A stretch of DNA of 64,000 nucleotides from Dicyema japonicum (GCA_011109175.1 RDEW01000036.1:408260-472259), one strand, 5' to 3'. Shown: positions 25,067 to 36,899, numbered from the stretch's first letter. A program made the numbers and translations. Notes: generated by a model not told the origin, from the letters alone.

Positions 25067-25606
25067 ATGGACCCAGATGCGACCCAATCAAGTTCCACCA
25101 TAAAAGACATTCAGAAAAAGATAGAAGAGGCCTTTTTGGTGTTTGACCATGAACAAAACCAGACCATTGATGTCCGAGAGGCAGGGACTGTGATCCGCTC
25201 ACTGGGAATATGTCCAACCGAGAGCGAAATTGGAGACCTTATCATGGAAATGGAGGTTGGTCAGTCTAATCATTCAAGGATGACAAAAAAGAGGGGAGCA
25301 TTTCCCTTGAAAAGTTCTCCTCTGTGCTTACTCTGATTCTGCTTGAAAAGAGCTATCGTCCAGCGGGGGAAAAGCTACTGATGAAGGCCTTCCAAACACT
25401 GGATATCAATAATAATGGTATTTTCATTCCTTATCACGGGGTATCTTACATTTGAGGAGTTGACCACTTATATGACTGAGAATGGGGAGCCTTTCACCGC
25501 CGATGAGATGGAGGAGATGACTTCCCATGCGACTTCTATAAATCCTGATTCTTTAATGTACAAGGATTATATCATTTCCATGATCCCCGACGACCTGATT
25601 TACTAA
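25067..25606 (+). CDS. EFCAB2: EF-hand calcium-binding domain protein 2 / dynein regulatory complex subunit 8 (164 aa; exons 25067-25255, 25279-25417, 25440-25606)
   Basis: IEEAFLVFDHEQNQTIDVREAGTVIRSLGICPTESE, LLEKSYRP, AFQTLD and MTENGEPFTADEMEEM match EFCAB2/DRC8. Intron 1 is 23 nt GT-AG; intron 2 is 22 nt GT-GG as assembled. Confidence 0.9.
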
Positions 25607-26101
25607 TCTAAATTAATTCTACAATATAACCTCTTAATGACGATCCACCATGGAATTAAGGTATCAGAAAATTCTCCATCTCCACCTTCTAGCAAATTGG
25701 CATTCTGAAGACAGTGATGCGGAAAGTAGAGAGGAAATTGATAAGACCAGAGAAGGAGGATCATTTACAGTTAACAACTCTGAAGGAGGATTATATCCCT
25801 CGTTGGGAATCACGACTCCTCAGATCTCATCACTTCTTACAGGTTCGGTGAGCTATTCGTACCTTTTCACCCTTGTCGTGTCTTAATTTAACCAATATGT
25901 GAAGATGTGCTGACCACGGTGATTTACTTTGAATTCCTTCACCTTATCTTGTCCGGTCTTAGGCATCAGTAGATCAAAAGCCACCCAATACCACATCGCC
26001 ATTTCCCAAATGGAATCTACTTGCGTCTCTACCAAGGTCTTGGCTTCTGCAGATTTTTCTAGCACCAACCAAGGCAATGCAGATTTTTCTAGCACCAACC
26101 A

Positions 26102-26303
26102 TTCAGGAATTGAAAAACTTGTCAGAGATAATGAATTTATCGGAAATAAAATTTTAAGATTGGGTCCCTATAACCCTATGATCAACCCAATTGAGAATAT
26201 TTGGTCAGTTTTCAAAGCTGATGTAAAAAGACACATTGCTACAGATATGAAAAATATTTTGGATGGTGTGAAAACAAGAAGCTTTGTCAACTACGGAGTT
26301 TGA
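26102..26303 (+). mobile_element. Tc1/IS630-type DDE transposase C-terminal fragment
   Basis: ILRLGPYNPMINPIENIWSVFKADVK resembles the PxYSPxLNPIExxW motif. Confidence 0.7.
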
Positions 26304-26445
26304 CTTCAAAAAAGTTTAGAAGAAAGTATGATTAACTCATTATAATCACTCCATCTCTATGCAACACCGTAATTGCTAGAATTCAGAAGTTGGCCCCATC
26401 GGTGTTAAATAATGATGACATGGCTTATTAAATAATTTTATTGTT

Positions 26446-26604
26446 CCACTTTGCTTTTTGTTAAGAACCCACTTTGATTTTGGTAAGACCCACTTTGCTT
26501 TTTGCGTAAGTAGCACTTTGCTTTTGGTAAGTACCACTTTGATTTTGGTAAGTACCACTTTGCTTTTGGTAAAGTACCACTTTGCTTTTGGTAAGACCCA
26601 CTTT
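26446..26604 (+). repeat. Minisatellite, 21-24-nt unit (ccactttgMttttggtaagWac), ~7.5 copies
   Basis: Head-to-tail units with no spacers. Confidence 0.92.
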
Positions 26605-26700
26605 AAACCTGAAATGGTATAGTGTATATCCGTATATTGATAGAGAGGAGTGGCCTCCACAGAATAGACAAACCAGGTTTTCCCAGACATCCCTTGGTAA

Positions 26701-26886
26701 TGGAAGAGGAATGAATTCTGTTATAATCGAGTCTTTAGTGGACTCTTGTGGAGACAAATCGTGTATCTGCTTCAAGCAACCTCAGTCATTAATCGATTGA
26801 AGAGAGAATGAATTTCTGCTATAATCGAGTTTTAGTCGACTCTTTTGGAGACACAAAATCGTGTATTTGCTTCAAGCAACATCAGT
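26701..26886 (+). repeat. Two ~88-nt direct repeats
   Basis: gaatgaatt.ctg.tataatcgagt.tttagt.gactctt.tggagaca...aatcgtgtat.tgcttcaagcaac.tcagtc occurs twice. Confidence 0.8.
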
Positions 26887-27049
26887 CTTGAGGACTGAAT
26901 GGAGTGGAGGATAGTATTCGAGTATATGTTGTCACATTTTAAATTTTTATTTTAAACTCAGTAAAATGTCACATTTTTAAATTTTTATTTTAAACTCAGT
27001 AAAATTTTTATTTTAAACTCTTTGGTTTTTTGAAAATGAAATTATTAAA

Positions 27050-27408
27050 TCAAAAACGGGTGTACAACAAGGAGATCCGCTCGGACCTCTATTATTTGCC
27101 TTGACCATTGATGAGGTTGTGAGTTCAATTGATGCTCAGCTAAATCTCTGGTACCTCGATGATGCCACAATTGGAGGATCGTTCAAAGAAACATACAATT
27201 CATTACGTAAAGCGTTACCCGCTTTAAAACATTTGGGCTTGGACATCAATGTTAACAAATCAGAGCTAATAAATGTCTCATATCCATACACCGACTTCCT
27301 CTCTATCAAGGAGTCTTTTAACGAACTGCTTCCTGGGATCCCGACTGTGCCAGTTGATAAATTATATTTCCTCGGATGCCCACTCAGCGAAGAAGAACTC
27401 AAGAACCA
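27050..27408 (+). mobile_element. CRE-clade-like non-LTR reverse transcriptase fragment
   Basis: GVQQGDPLGPLLFAL, NLWYLDDATIGG, LGLDINVNKSELI, FLGCPL. Confidence 0.7.
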
Positions 27409-27789
27409 TNCACACGCTTATTTCATAAGCAATAAGAATATGATCAAACAATATGGGACTATGACTATACAGAACATCTTCAATTCACGGCGAATACAAC
27501 AATATAATCCAAAATTGACCAATATAATTAGATTCCTAAACTACAATATTTCATACAACTCTTTTTGGAAGATTTCGAAACGGATCAAACACACCTTACC
27601 ATAAAAGAACACTCCATACCTTTAATGGTCTGGCCGCGTGGCGCCAGGTGGTACTATGTGGATTGTTGAAAAAAAATATTTTCCTTCCCTCGGATAGCGT
27701 CATTGGATCCACCTTACCGAATAGATGTCTAATTTCTCTCCGGAAACAAGAAGATTTGGAGTCTTTGGAGTTTTGGGAACATAGAGTAA

Positions 27790-28800
27790 GGGTACTGCTC
27801 AAGGATTCCATTACCATAACAAATAGTTGAGGGATAATGAATCTCCTTGCAGAATTCCACGTCCCAGTTTTACAGAACCAATTCTTCTTTCATCTAAGTG
27901 GAGATTTAAATTCCAGTTCTTCACTATGGTCTTTACAAAGTTGACAATCCAACGGGGTTTTCCTGAACAGTCGAACGGGGTTTTCCGATACATGAAATAA
28001 AAATTCATGGTCAACAGAATCAAAGGCCTTCTTCACATCAACCCAAGCAAAATAAAGGGCGTATCTACACTCATTATTCAAGCATTGATTAATAAGGGTC
28101 TGTTCCTAAGTGCACTGACAATGTTTCCTCGTTCCCAGTTTATTGTCGTCAGATAATAGGTCAAACAAATCCACAAAATCTGAAAGTTTGGCATTAACAC
28201 ATTTGGTAATAAGTTTATATAATGTTGGCATACACGCTATAAAACGTAAGTCTTTGGGAGTCTCACAATCATCCTTTATAGGAATTAAATATGTTATTCC
28301 AGTATAAAACCAACGTTCAGGCATATATTCCCCATTAATAATTCGGTTAATCTCAATACATAAAAAGCCATGTAAAGATTCCATTTTCTTAATAAAGAAC
28401 TTATATGAACCATCGCATCCACACGCCTTCTTAATCTGGGAGACATTTAATAACATATAGGATAAACTCATTTGTGAACTCTGGCAACATGTTTTCAATA
28501 CCAGATTTACTTTACCAACACTGTCAAATGACACGTGAATCTATTGTCATTTAGATCATACTTTTTTCAAGAACGAGATACAATCCTCTTATCGAAACCA
28601 TGTATCGTAATTTCATTGCTTGCTGATAGGTTCAGAAAAATCTATCTTCGATTTAATTCAAAACAACAGTTGTCCTTACGAAAGTCCTTCCTCGAATAAT
28701 GTACAGCTATTGCTTCTTCTTAATTCTGACGGTTACATAATAGAGCCTCAATCTTGGCAACCTTAACTTTTTTGGCCCTTTTGAATCTATAGACACAAAG
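27790..28800 (-). mobile_element. R4/Dong-like (RLE-type) non-LTR RT fragment, frameshifted
   Basis: WFYTGITYLIPIK...FIACMPTLYKLIT, AWVDVKKAFDSVDH, GRGILQGDSLS. Confidence 0.7.
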
Positions 28801-28849
28801 AACATTTATAACATTTTGTTATTCAAACACAAAGAGAGTTATCTGGAAT

Positions 28850-29410
28850 TACACTTTAAACGACAAGTTGAAATATGGATGTGACCTTTGATTAGGGATT
28901 CACCTTTATCCGACATATTGAAAACAAGTAACTTCTGCTCTGAAAAAAATGAGAATTTTAAAAGTGTTCTCAAAAAAACTTGAAGATCAAATAAGTTCAT
29001 ATTGACAAGTTATGGACAATTTAATCGACCAACGATGAAATATGCAAGTCCTTCATGGGAAATGCAATATATCACGATCTTCCTCATTAAAATTATCTGC
29101 AATCGAGAAGACTGCAATAAAGTTAATTGTACCAGAACACAATATACAACACATTGAAAACTTTTTAATTGAACTACAACTGAAACTATTAAAGGAAGCT
29201 ATTCTACCGAGCTGCCCTCTATCCAAATATTATCGAATTATTTACAATCATTCAGAAAATTTGAGCCGATGTCATGTCCAATGAGAAGAGCTGCTCAGGA
29301 TTCTCGAAACTGCCGGAGTAGTCGTCTTTTTTGTCGGTCTGAATTCATTTAGTTTGATAAGAACTTTTATTTCTCTCCTTGACCCAGTAATCTGAGGGGA
29401 ATAATAATAA
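28850..29410 (+). mobile_element. 5'-truncated Ingi/I-like LINE 3' end with (AAT)n tail
   Basis: RPTMKYASPSW, LSAIEKTAIKLI, IENFLIELQLKLLKEA. The 3' UTR aacttttatttct...gacccagtaatc is shared with 36900 and 40480. Confidence 0.75.
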
Positions 29411-30738
29411 ATTGAGCCGCACTTGCTTGTGAGGTTACCGATATAGCCGCATGCGTTCTATCGTTCGATAAACCATCGAGAAAGATCAAAGAAGAATCCT
29501 GTAGCAAATTTGCTTTCGAACTTTCTACCTCTTGGATATATCTTATTCTAACATCTATCTCCTGACTAGCATGATGATATTATATTCAACTCATTCGAGA
29601 CAATCAATGTGGAGCACCAACAATCTCATTTTTATCCTACATGTTAGTAAGATCCTTGTAGCAGACTAAATTGAGTTGATGCATAGTCCACAACATAGTC
29701 CTTAAATATCCAGTAGTTAGTCAATTGCCAAATAAATGCCAACAGCTATTAGGCAAACCTTCGAATTAGATTGAGAGAACAGAAGGTAGACATTCTACAG
29801 TTTTTTCCTCCCCATACATACTTAAAACTACCTGGTTATGGATTTCATGATCTAACTATTCCGTATTAGATGAATCAAATATAAAATCACAACCTTCAAA
29901 CTCTTTTGTTGAAATAACATTTTTTTCTGTTATTTAATGATTTGAATCTGAACAAAAATTAAGTTAAATAATAGATTTAGGTCAACATAAACTACTTACT
30001 CTTGTCAAATCTTATCAAATATCTGAATATCCGATAGAAACAATCAATTTTCGATACTATGAAAGATATGATCATCCGCACGTCAGTGATCTTGAAACTG
30101 AGCATCATAGGTAGGGCTTTTATGTTTTTCTTGAAACTCATGCAATGTCAATAATTTAATAAAAAAATACATAAAATAGGTCAACCAAATGAATTTTAGC
30201 AAAAATATAATGCATATATACTTAATTATGTTTTTCACTGAAAGGAACTAAAACTTGCAAAATTCAATATGTTTTTAATGGTGAAATAAATCCGCATTGA
30301 AAAATGATTTGAGATCTGAGGAAAACTAATTCTTATGTACAACGTACTGATGATGACTGGGTAAATAAAGACACTACAGAGAGTCCAGACCTTCGATGCT
30401 GGGTCATTTTATTTCAACTATTTTTGATTATTATTGTTATTAAAACTCAAAAATCAACGATAAATTAAATAACTACATAGCCATCAGGTGATTTTGGCCG
30501 CCTCGAGTAGCCATCTCATTCTTGGTCGGTGTTCTTCCCGGGTTCAAACGCATTTCTAGATTGGGCAGGGGTTTCTAATTTTTTCGAAAGGTAGTAAAGC
30601 TCCCTTATTGATTCAGTTAGTATGGCGACCTCATTAATTAATTAAACTTATAAATTTGGTTATAAAATTAAGTAATTTATTAATTAGTCAATTGATTAAT
30701 TCAAATTCATTCATTTATTTTAACAACGAGATTTTCTC

Positions 30739-31598
30739 ATGAGATGCTGTAAATTTTTCCTTAGACGAGAATATAATAGATTAATTCAAATTATAATCCT
30801 TGTACTATAATATTTAATGAATAGTCGATGCTTCTTATTATTTTATTTCGCACTAAACTTACCTTCAATGATTATCAAGTGAAATACAAGTTTCTCTTTG
30901 TCGTAATTTCAGGTTAAATAAACTTATTATTGATAGATCCGAACAACGTGCAGAAAAGGGATGCCATAAGGGAAACATGGGGAAACGTAATGCTATTGGA
31001 AAAATTAAATTCTAAAATTTTTTTCTTTGTCGGACAAAGTAAGAGAAGGAAAATGTCGTTGATAGAGAACGAACAAAAATTTCATAAGGACATTGTCATT
31101 AGCAAAAATTTTATAGAAGATTACACAAATTTGCGACTAAAAGTTGAAAATGCACTCACGTGGGCATTGAATGAGTATAGAAATTTTGATTACTTCATTA
31201 AAATTGACGACGATGTCCTATTGAATGTTGAAAATCTTTTTCTGTTGCTACAAAAAAGTTTACCAAAAAAGTTTTACTTCACTCCATTCATATTTTGTTC
31301 AATGAGCCTTAATCTATATCCAATGAGAAATCCCAAAAGCAAGTGGTACCCTTTATCTTTATTAAGGTTTATTAGTAAAGATCAATATCCTAATTCAACT
31401 TACCCACAATTTTGTCGTGGACATACGTATTTGATGTCTAAGCAGGCTATTCCTCTAATTTTAAATAACTGTGAAAACCAAATAAAACTACATTTGGAAG
31501 ACGTTTATTTCACTGGTAAATTATTGGCTGATTTAATAGGATTATGCAGATTTGAAAATAATATCCCAATACTTGTTCATCCTAAATTCGTCTTTTAA
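30739..31598 (+). CDS. GT31-family beta-1,3-galactosyltransferase-like type II membrane protein (exons 30739-30801, 30825-30912, 30937-31345, 31367-31515, 31540-31598; the frame stays open to 31697 after the TAA)
   Basis: Basic N-tail plus TM LIQIIILSMLLIILF; FVVISDPNN..KRDAIRETWG; EDYTNL; KIDDDV; PMRNPKSKWFIS..YP; FCRG; EDVYFTG. Introns of 23, 24, 21 and 24 nt, all GT-AG. Confidence 0.88.
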
Positions 31599-32296
31599 AA
31601 AGCTTCAAATTTATGCGAATTAAAGGATTATGCTACAAAAATAAATCATTCAAAAAAGTCTCTAAAAGATTTATATAAAAAATTAAAGAACTGCTAATAA
31701 TCACCAGTTGATAATAATTAGAGACAGTTTTTTGGTTTAATGAGGATTGGTTTCTTAAGTGTAATAGTTATGCACTATGTCAAATTATGGTTTCCGATAA
31801 TAAGATTATTTAATAGCTGATCATTCGTCCTCATCGTCTAGGATCAATAAATACAAGTTAAATATATGGAAGAAATGAATAAGAAGGTTATGGTTAAGTT
31901 TTCTCTTAACATTTTCAAGTATGGACTCCATAACTTTGTTTTTTAAGAACATTACATCTTTCGTCTTCAAAAAACCTAAATATCGATATAAACAATTTTT
32001 TCTCAGTGTTCTCCAACCACGTACTCTGCGGCTTAACCTTCGCAGTTAAAGCCATATAAGCACACTGTGCCTCATATAGAATATCAGTAATTTGATTGAT
32101 ATCTTGAGGGGATTATCTTTCGAACTATAGTATGTCAAAGACCATACGTGAATCGGTGTATTATTAAAAAGTGTATCAAAATTCGTCCAATTGCAATTAT
32201 CAATGGATTAACTTTATTGCAGTCTTCTCGATTGCAGATAATTTTAATGAGGAAGATCGTGATATTTGCATATCCCATGAAGGACAGTAAATAATT

Positions 32297-34800
32297 TTAC
32301 TCCAGACCGCATCAGCTGTAGATCTTTCTTCTCGAAAACCACTTTGACTATCTGGTAGGTATTTGTAAGCAGATCCTTTTATTCGTTCAAGCACAATGTT
32401 TGCCAGGACTTTGCGTAATGAATTTAGTAGTATAACGGGTCGCAAATTTTCGAGCGGGTTTTTGTTGGTTTTTTGTATGGGGATTAGTAGTCCCGTACCC
32501 AGACGTAGAGTTGAGTTAATTGAAAACATTTCATTTAGTAGTGTATCGATTTTTTCAAAATAGGAGGTCAGGGCCGTATTTCAGTAATTCTGGGTTTATC
32601 ACATCTGGTCCGGGGCTTCTGTTATTTTTGAGTTTTCGGCAGGCCGTTTTAATTTCCTCGGCCGTGATTGGTATCTCCAGGGGTCTTGGCGTTCCATCAA
32701 ATGGTGGATTTCTATGGTTTTGATGTTGAAAAGCTTCTTAAAATGAGCCGCGATGGCTTCAGTTTGTTCTTTGATTTTCAGTATCAGAAAACTGATCTCG
32801 TCTTTTATGGTTAGTCGACTTCGATTTGTTCGCCACAGCAAACGGGCAGCGACGTACATTTGTGCGTTGTCAATCACTTTGTTTACTTCTTCTATACGGA
32901 AGCTATTCTTCTATAAAAAGCTTCTTGTTCAGATCCTTTATTTTTTTCTGACACGTTGTCTTTCGCCTTATGGGCTTTTATCGTATTAGTATCAGTGGCA
33001 TTTGATTTTCTCATATTTATTTCTTTTAGACTTTTCGCAAGCTCAGGAACATCTGGATGAATAGCCTTCAGGTGCATTTTACTAATCTCCCTTTTGCCAG
33101 ACATGCTTCAGCAGCTTCGTTGACGGTGTCCTTTGTGCGTTTCCAGGCGTCTTCAAAGGGGATAAGTCGTTTAGCCGGATTTGAATAACACAGATCCTGT
33201 CATTCACACTCCATATACGGTTGACTACACTTGTCAACTTTGAGTGGATTGCAAATCCAAGTCCATAATGTTTTGTGTCGCTCGGCTGACTTATAATTCG
33301 ATATTCGCCATAGTTCTCATCAAGCCCACAAGTTACTTTCGTCTCTTGTAGGCACCCAATAGATATGTCGTATCTTTCCAGGTCGTCACAGAGAATCTTC
33401 CTCTACCAGGTCGTAGATAAGCCCTAGCATTAAACGTAAGGACCTTAGACGAGATGCATCCCTTTGTATCCATTGCCTTTGAGACATTTTTCTCAATTGC
33501 GATCCAATCAAGAAACGAGACACGTCACCACCTCACCAAAAAATTGTTTCATTACTTATAATAAATCACTTTCTCAAATCACGTTCTAAAAATGTTCATT
33601 GTTGTTGGTGTCTTTCGTCGCGTAATATCACAGTGTTACAAAGTAAATAGTAGGGGGTCGAATTATACAACGAGTCACAGATGGAGGTGTGCAACATATC
33701 AAAGATACCGTAACGCCACCAATATTCTGGGAATTGACCTATCAAGAGCTTTTGATACGGTTAACAAGAACAAATTAATGTGGGTACTGACCGGATTTCT
33801 TGATGAGTCGAGTCTAAGGATGACCAGAATTTTTGAGCTTCTTGTGAGAGTCGGAAAGACCTATTCAAGAAAATTTGAAACAAACACGGGCACTCCACAA
33901 AGAGACTCTTTTTCTCCTCGACTATTCACAATTTATTTGGAAGCCGGTATAAGGGAACTTAGACCGTTATACCAAGGAAAGACGGAAAAAGTACTCTACG
34001 GGACGATGTAGACCTAATTTCTGAAGACAAAGAGGTCCTGGAAAACCTATTAGAAAAAGCACTAGATGTACTAGTGAAATGGTTTCTTAGTGTGAACAGA
34101 AAGAAAACAGAACTTACAGAGATAAGAAGGATGAGTAACGTCCTAGAAAGAAGTGGCGACAAGTAAAGTAACTCGGTTCACTTTTGGGAGATAGCGAAGA
34201 TATCTTACGTAGGAAAACTCTAGCCAATGGTGCGTTATATTAACTGAAGAATCTATGGCTCAATCAAAAAGGCATCGAGACGAAAATGAGAATCCTATTA
34301 TACGACTCATTCATAAAACCCGTACTTTTATATAACCTGGAACTTGGGCGACCTTATCAGCGGATATGGAAAAACTAGACTCGTTCCACAGTGGTCAACT
34401 GAGAAAAATAACAGAACTACTTGGCCTACGAGAATATCGAGGAATGCTTTATATAAGAGATGCAGCACTAGACCTATCAGCTTAGATCTACTGAATCCCG
34501 ATGGAATCTTCGGAGACGTGCTGAGGATGGAATTAACATCCCCACTTAACATATCTATGAAACATACTATGTTAGCCAAGAAAATTGCTATCGTGGATGA
34601 CCAAGAACAACACTGCCAATAGTATTACAAAAAGACCTTGGTCAATATCAAAAAAATCTAATAAATGCCGAAGACCTGGACAACATGAGAGCCTTGGCTA
34701 GGAACAGGGGAGCATGGAAAAGGATGACATCTAACCTTGATTCTTTTGCTGCACATGCGGGGCTATAATTAGTATGGCTCTCGTGAAGTGCTTAAATAAT
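32297..34800. mobile_element. RTE copy 3 with inverted 5' half: 5' half on minus (33530 to 32297, internally deleted), 3' half on plus (33690-34800)
   Basis: The minus half starts at the conserved 5' motif and ATG and ends ...STADAVWS. The plus half starts SHRWRCATYQ...GIDLSRAFD and ends with gcggggctataa...ctcgtgaagtgcttaaataat. Confidence 0.82.
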
Positions 34801-34859
34801 AAATAATAGTGAAACAATAAATTAAAATTATAAAGTGCGTACATAGAGTTCAAAATCCG

Positions 34860-35390
34860 TCTTCATTGTCACTACGGTACTTTCGAACATATACAAGATT
34901 TCATTTCTGAGACGTAAAGAATGATCATGCAGTGATACATGTCTATACTAAATTTGATGTCCTACGCCTTTGATATTCTAATGGATTAACGCAGGGAATT
35001 GCATTGTCTCAAATGCCTGTTAATTTAAGAATGTAACAAAAATCCGTAAATGGTAGAGGGAAGTATATGAGTTTACAGTTATTGTGCTTTCATTATTCAA
35101 ACAGCGATTTTGAATAATTATATTTAATACAACTTATGTACATTGATTCCCATAAACAAAAATTTAGATTGTGATCAAATTTAATGTTTTGAATTCCCAA
35201 TGAAGATATTGTAGATTCAGAGAATACGCAATGCTAGAAAATTGACATTCTTTCCAAATTCTTAATAATTGTAGTAACTCGAACATATCTGACCTACTAT
35301 TACTTGGTCGTTGCAAAGTGTCTGTTTTGTCAGAATTTAGAATGAAAAGTTGAAGATAAGAGATTCGAACATCTTCAAAATTAAATACCT
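34860..35390 (-). repeat. DR-A dispersed repeat copy
   Basis: Reverse complement of ~19385-19790; same orientation as and homologous to 9260-9860. Confidence 0.7.
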
Positions 35391-35559
35391 CAATAATGAA
35401 TATACGAGCACTTATTTTTACTGGGACGTCGGACTAACTGGGATATGTGTTGATAACTTAATGCTTTTCACGTAAATCCACTAAGGAATATAATAGGGAT
35501 GGACTTAAATTCACGGATGTCACCCTTTCTGTATCTTCTCATTGCGAAAGGATCTTATT

Positions 35560-35880
35560 CTGGAACAGATTTCTATTGAAGTTCTTTTTTCTTCGACAAG
35601 ATGTTTTACACTATGTAATGTCTATATCCTGCCTCAGGAGTCATGTACTACTTCCTACATCCCGGACCTATTGAGCCTGGATGGACTAAAGGATCTGTTA
35701 CTATGCGGAGTTTGAACGCCAAACATCCATTTTGGCTCCAGACTCAATCAGCCGACAGTCGCGGCGAATACATCCTTTCCCTGCTCAATGATCTGACTAT
35801 CCTTAGTGATCCGGACACCCACCTAAGGAACCCGTATTGCAGAAGGGACAGTCCAACATCCCAAACCTATGCCTCTGCTC
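35560..35880 (+). mobile_element. Ingi-like APE fragment
   Basis: CNVYI, LNAKHPFW, DSRGEYIL, RNPYCRRDSPTS. Confidence 0.55.
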
Positions 35881-36899
35881 TCCCTCTATGGCTGGATTTA
35901 TTTCATGGAATGTTCGTTATGGTTTTTCAAGCGACCATAACCCAATTGTGTTGAGACTTAGAAGGCCTATTTTTTCACCGTGTTGTTCTACAAAGTTCAA
36001 AAATTACCTTATCAATTCAAAAGTCGGTAAATTGGGTGAGAAAATCACAAGCATCATCATCACCTGAGAAATAACTCATTCCCGTCATACCATGGTCATA
36101 AAAAAATATGTTGAGCCCGAGAGGATAACAAAATATTCATTTTCCTCCACTTGCTTATATCATAAGAAAACTCCACTATTCTATCTAGATTCGCTTTTTC
36201 TTAGGCGTATTCTAATCTTTCGGAGGTCTTCACCATCACCAAGAAATATCATAAAAGTGATAAATCTGTTAGAACGAAATGTTTCTTCGATGAATGATTC
36301 AATAAAAACTTATTTTTCCGTTGGAAGCGGTCCCAATCAGATCTTCACTAATACCGTAATACACCTGCCTCAGTTATGAAAATAGTCGGTCTCTACCAAG
36401 TGATTATAATTATGTTCTGCGTAATTAATTGTGACTTTAAAACCTATCTCTATTGTTTTTAGCACAAATTCCTGTTCTTATCAAAAAACCGTAGTCTTTT
36501 ATTAAAGTTCAAAATATAGGCCCTTTCCTGGTTGAAGATAAATTTTTTGAGAGTTTCGTTATATGAAATCTGTCATGTTGACTAATGTCTCCTCCTATGT
36601 AAAGATTATTGTTTATTTCCTAAATTTCCTCAATTTTTCTTGAGTTAATCGCATTAAACGCATTTGATCATGTTTTTTTTACTTTTAATTAAATAATTAT
36701 TTATATTGATTAAATATTAAAATTTATATATATTTTTTTATAAAATTTCATTTTTTTAATTTAATTTGCAAACATCAATTAATTTATTGTCGCAATAATT
36801 AATAGGGCTGTGACATTATCTGCCCTTATTTGATGAAACCGTCATTTAATTCAGGGGTTCATTTTTTTACTTATTTTCCAATTTTTTAGAGTTTTTAGT

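Noticed and set aside
26446-26604. CRISPR-like array
   Set aside because: Units are head-to-tail with no unique spacers, the context is eukaryotic, and there are no cas genes.
29960-30110. 45-codon open stretch ending at a GT donor
   Set aside because: No flanking exons or homology could be identified.
31596-31598. Ciliate-type genetic code (TAA = Gln) to explain the GT31 extension
   Set aside because: TAA serves as the terminal stop of EFCAB2, basonuclin and the RTE ORF in this window.
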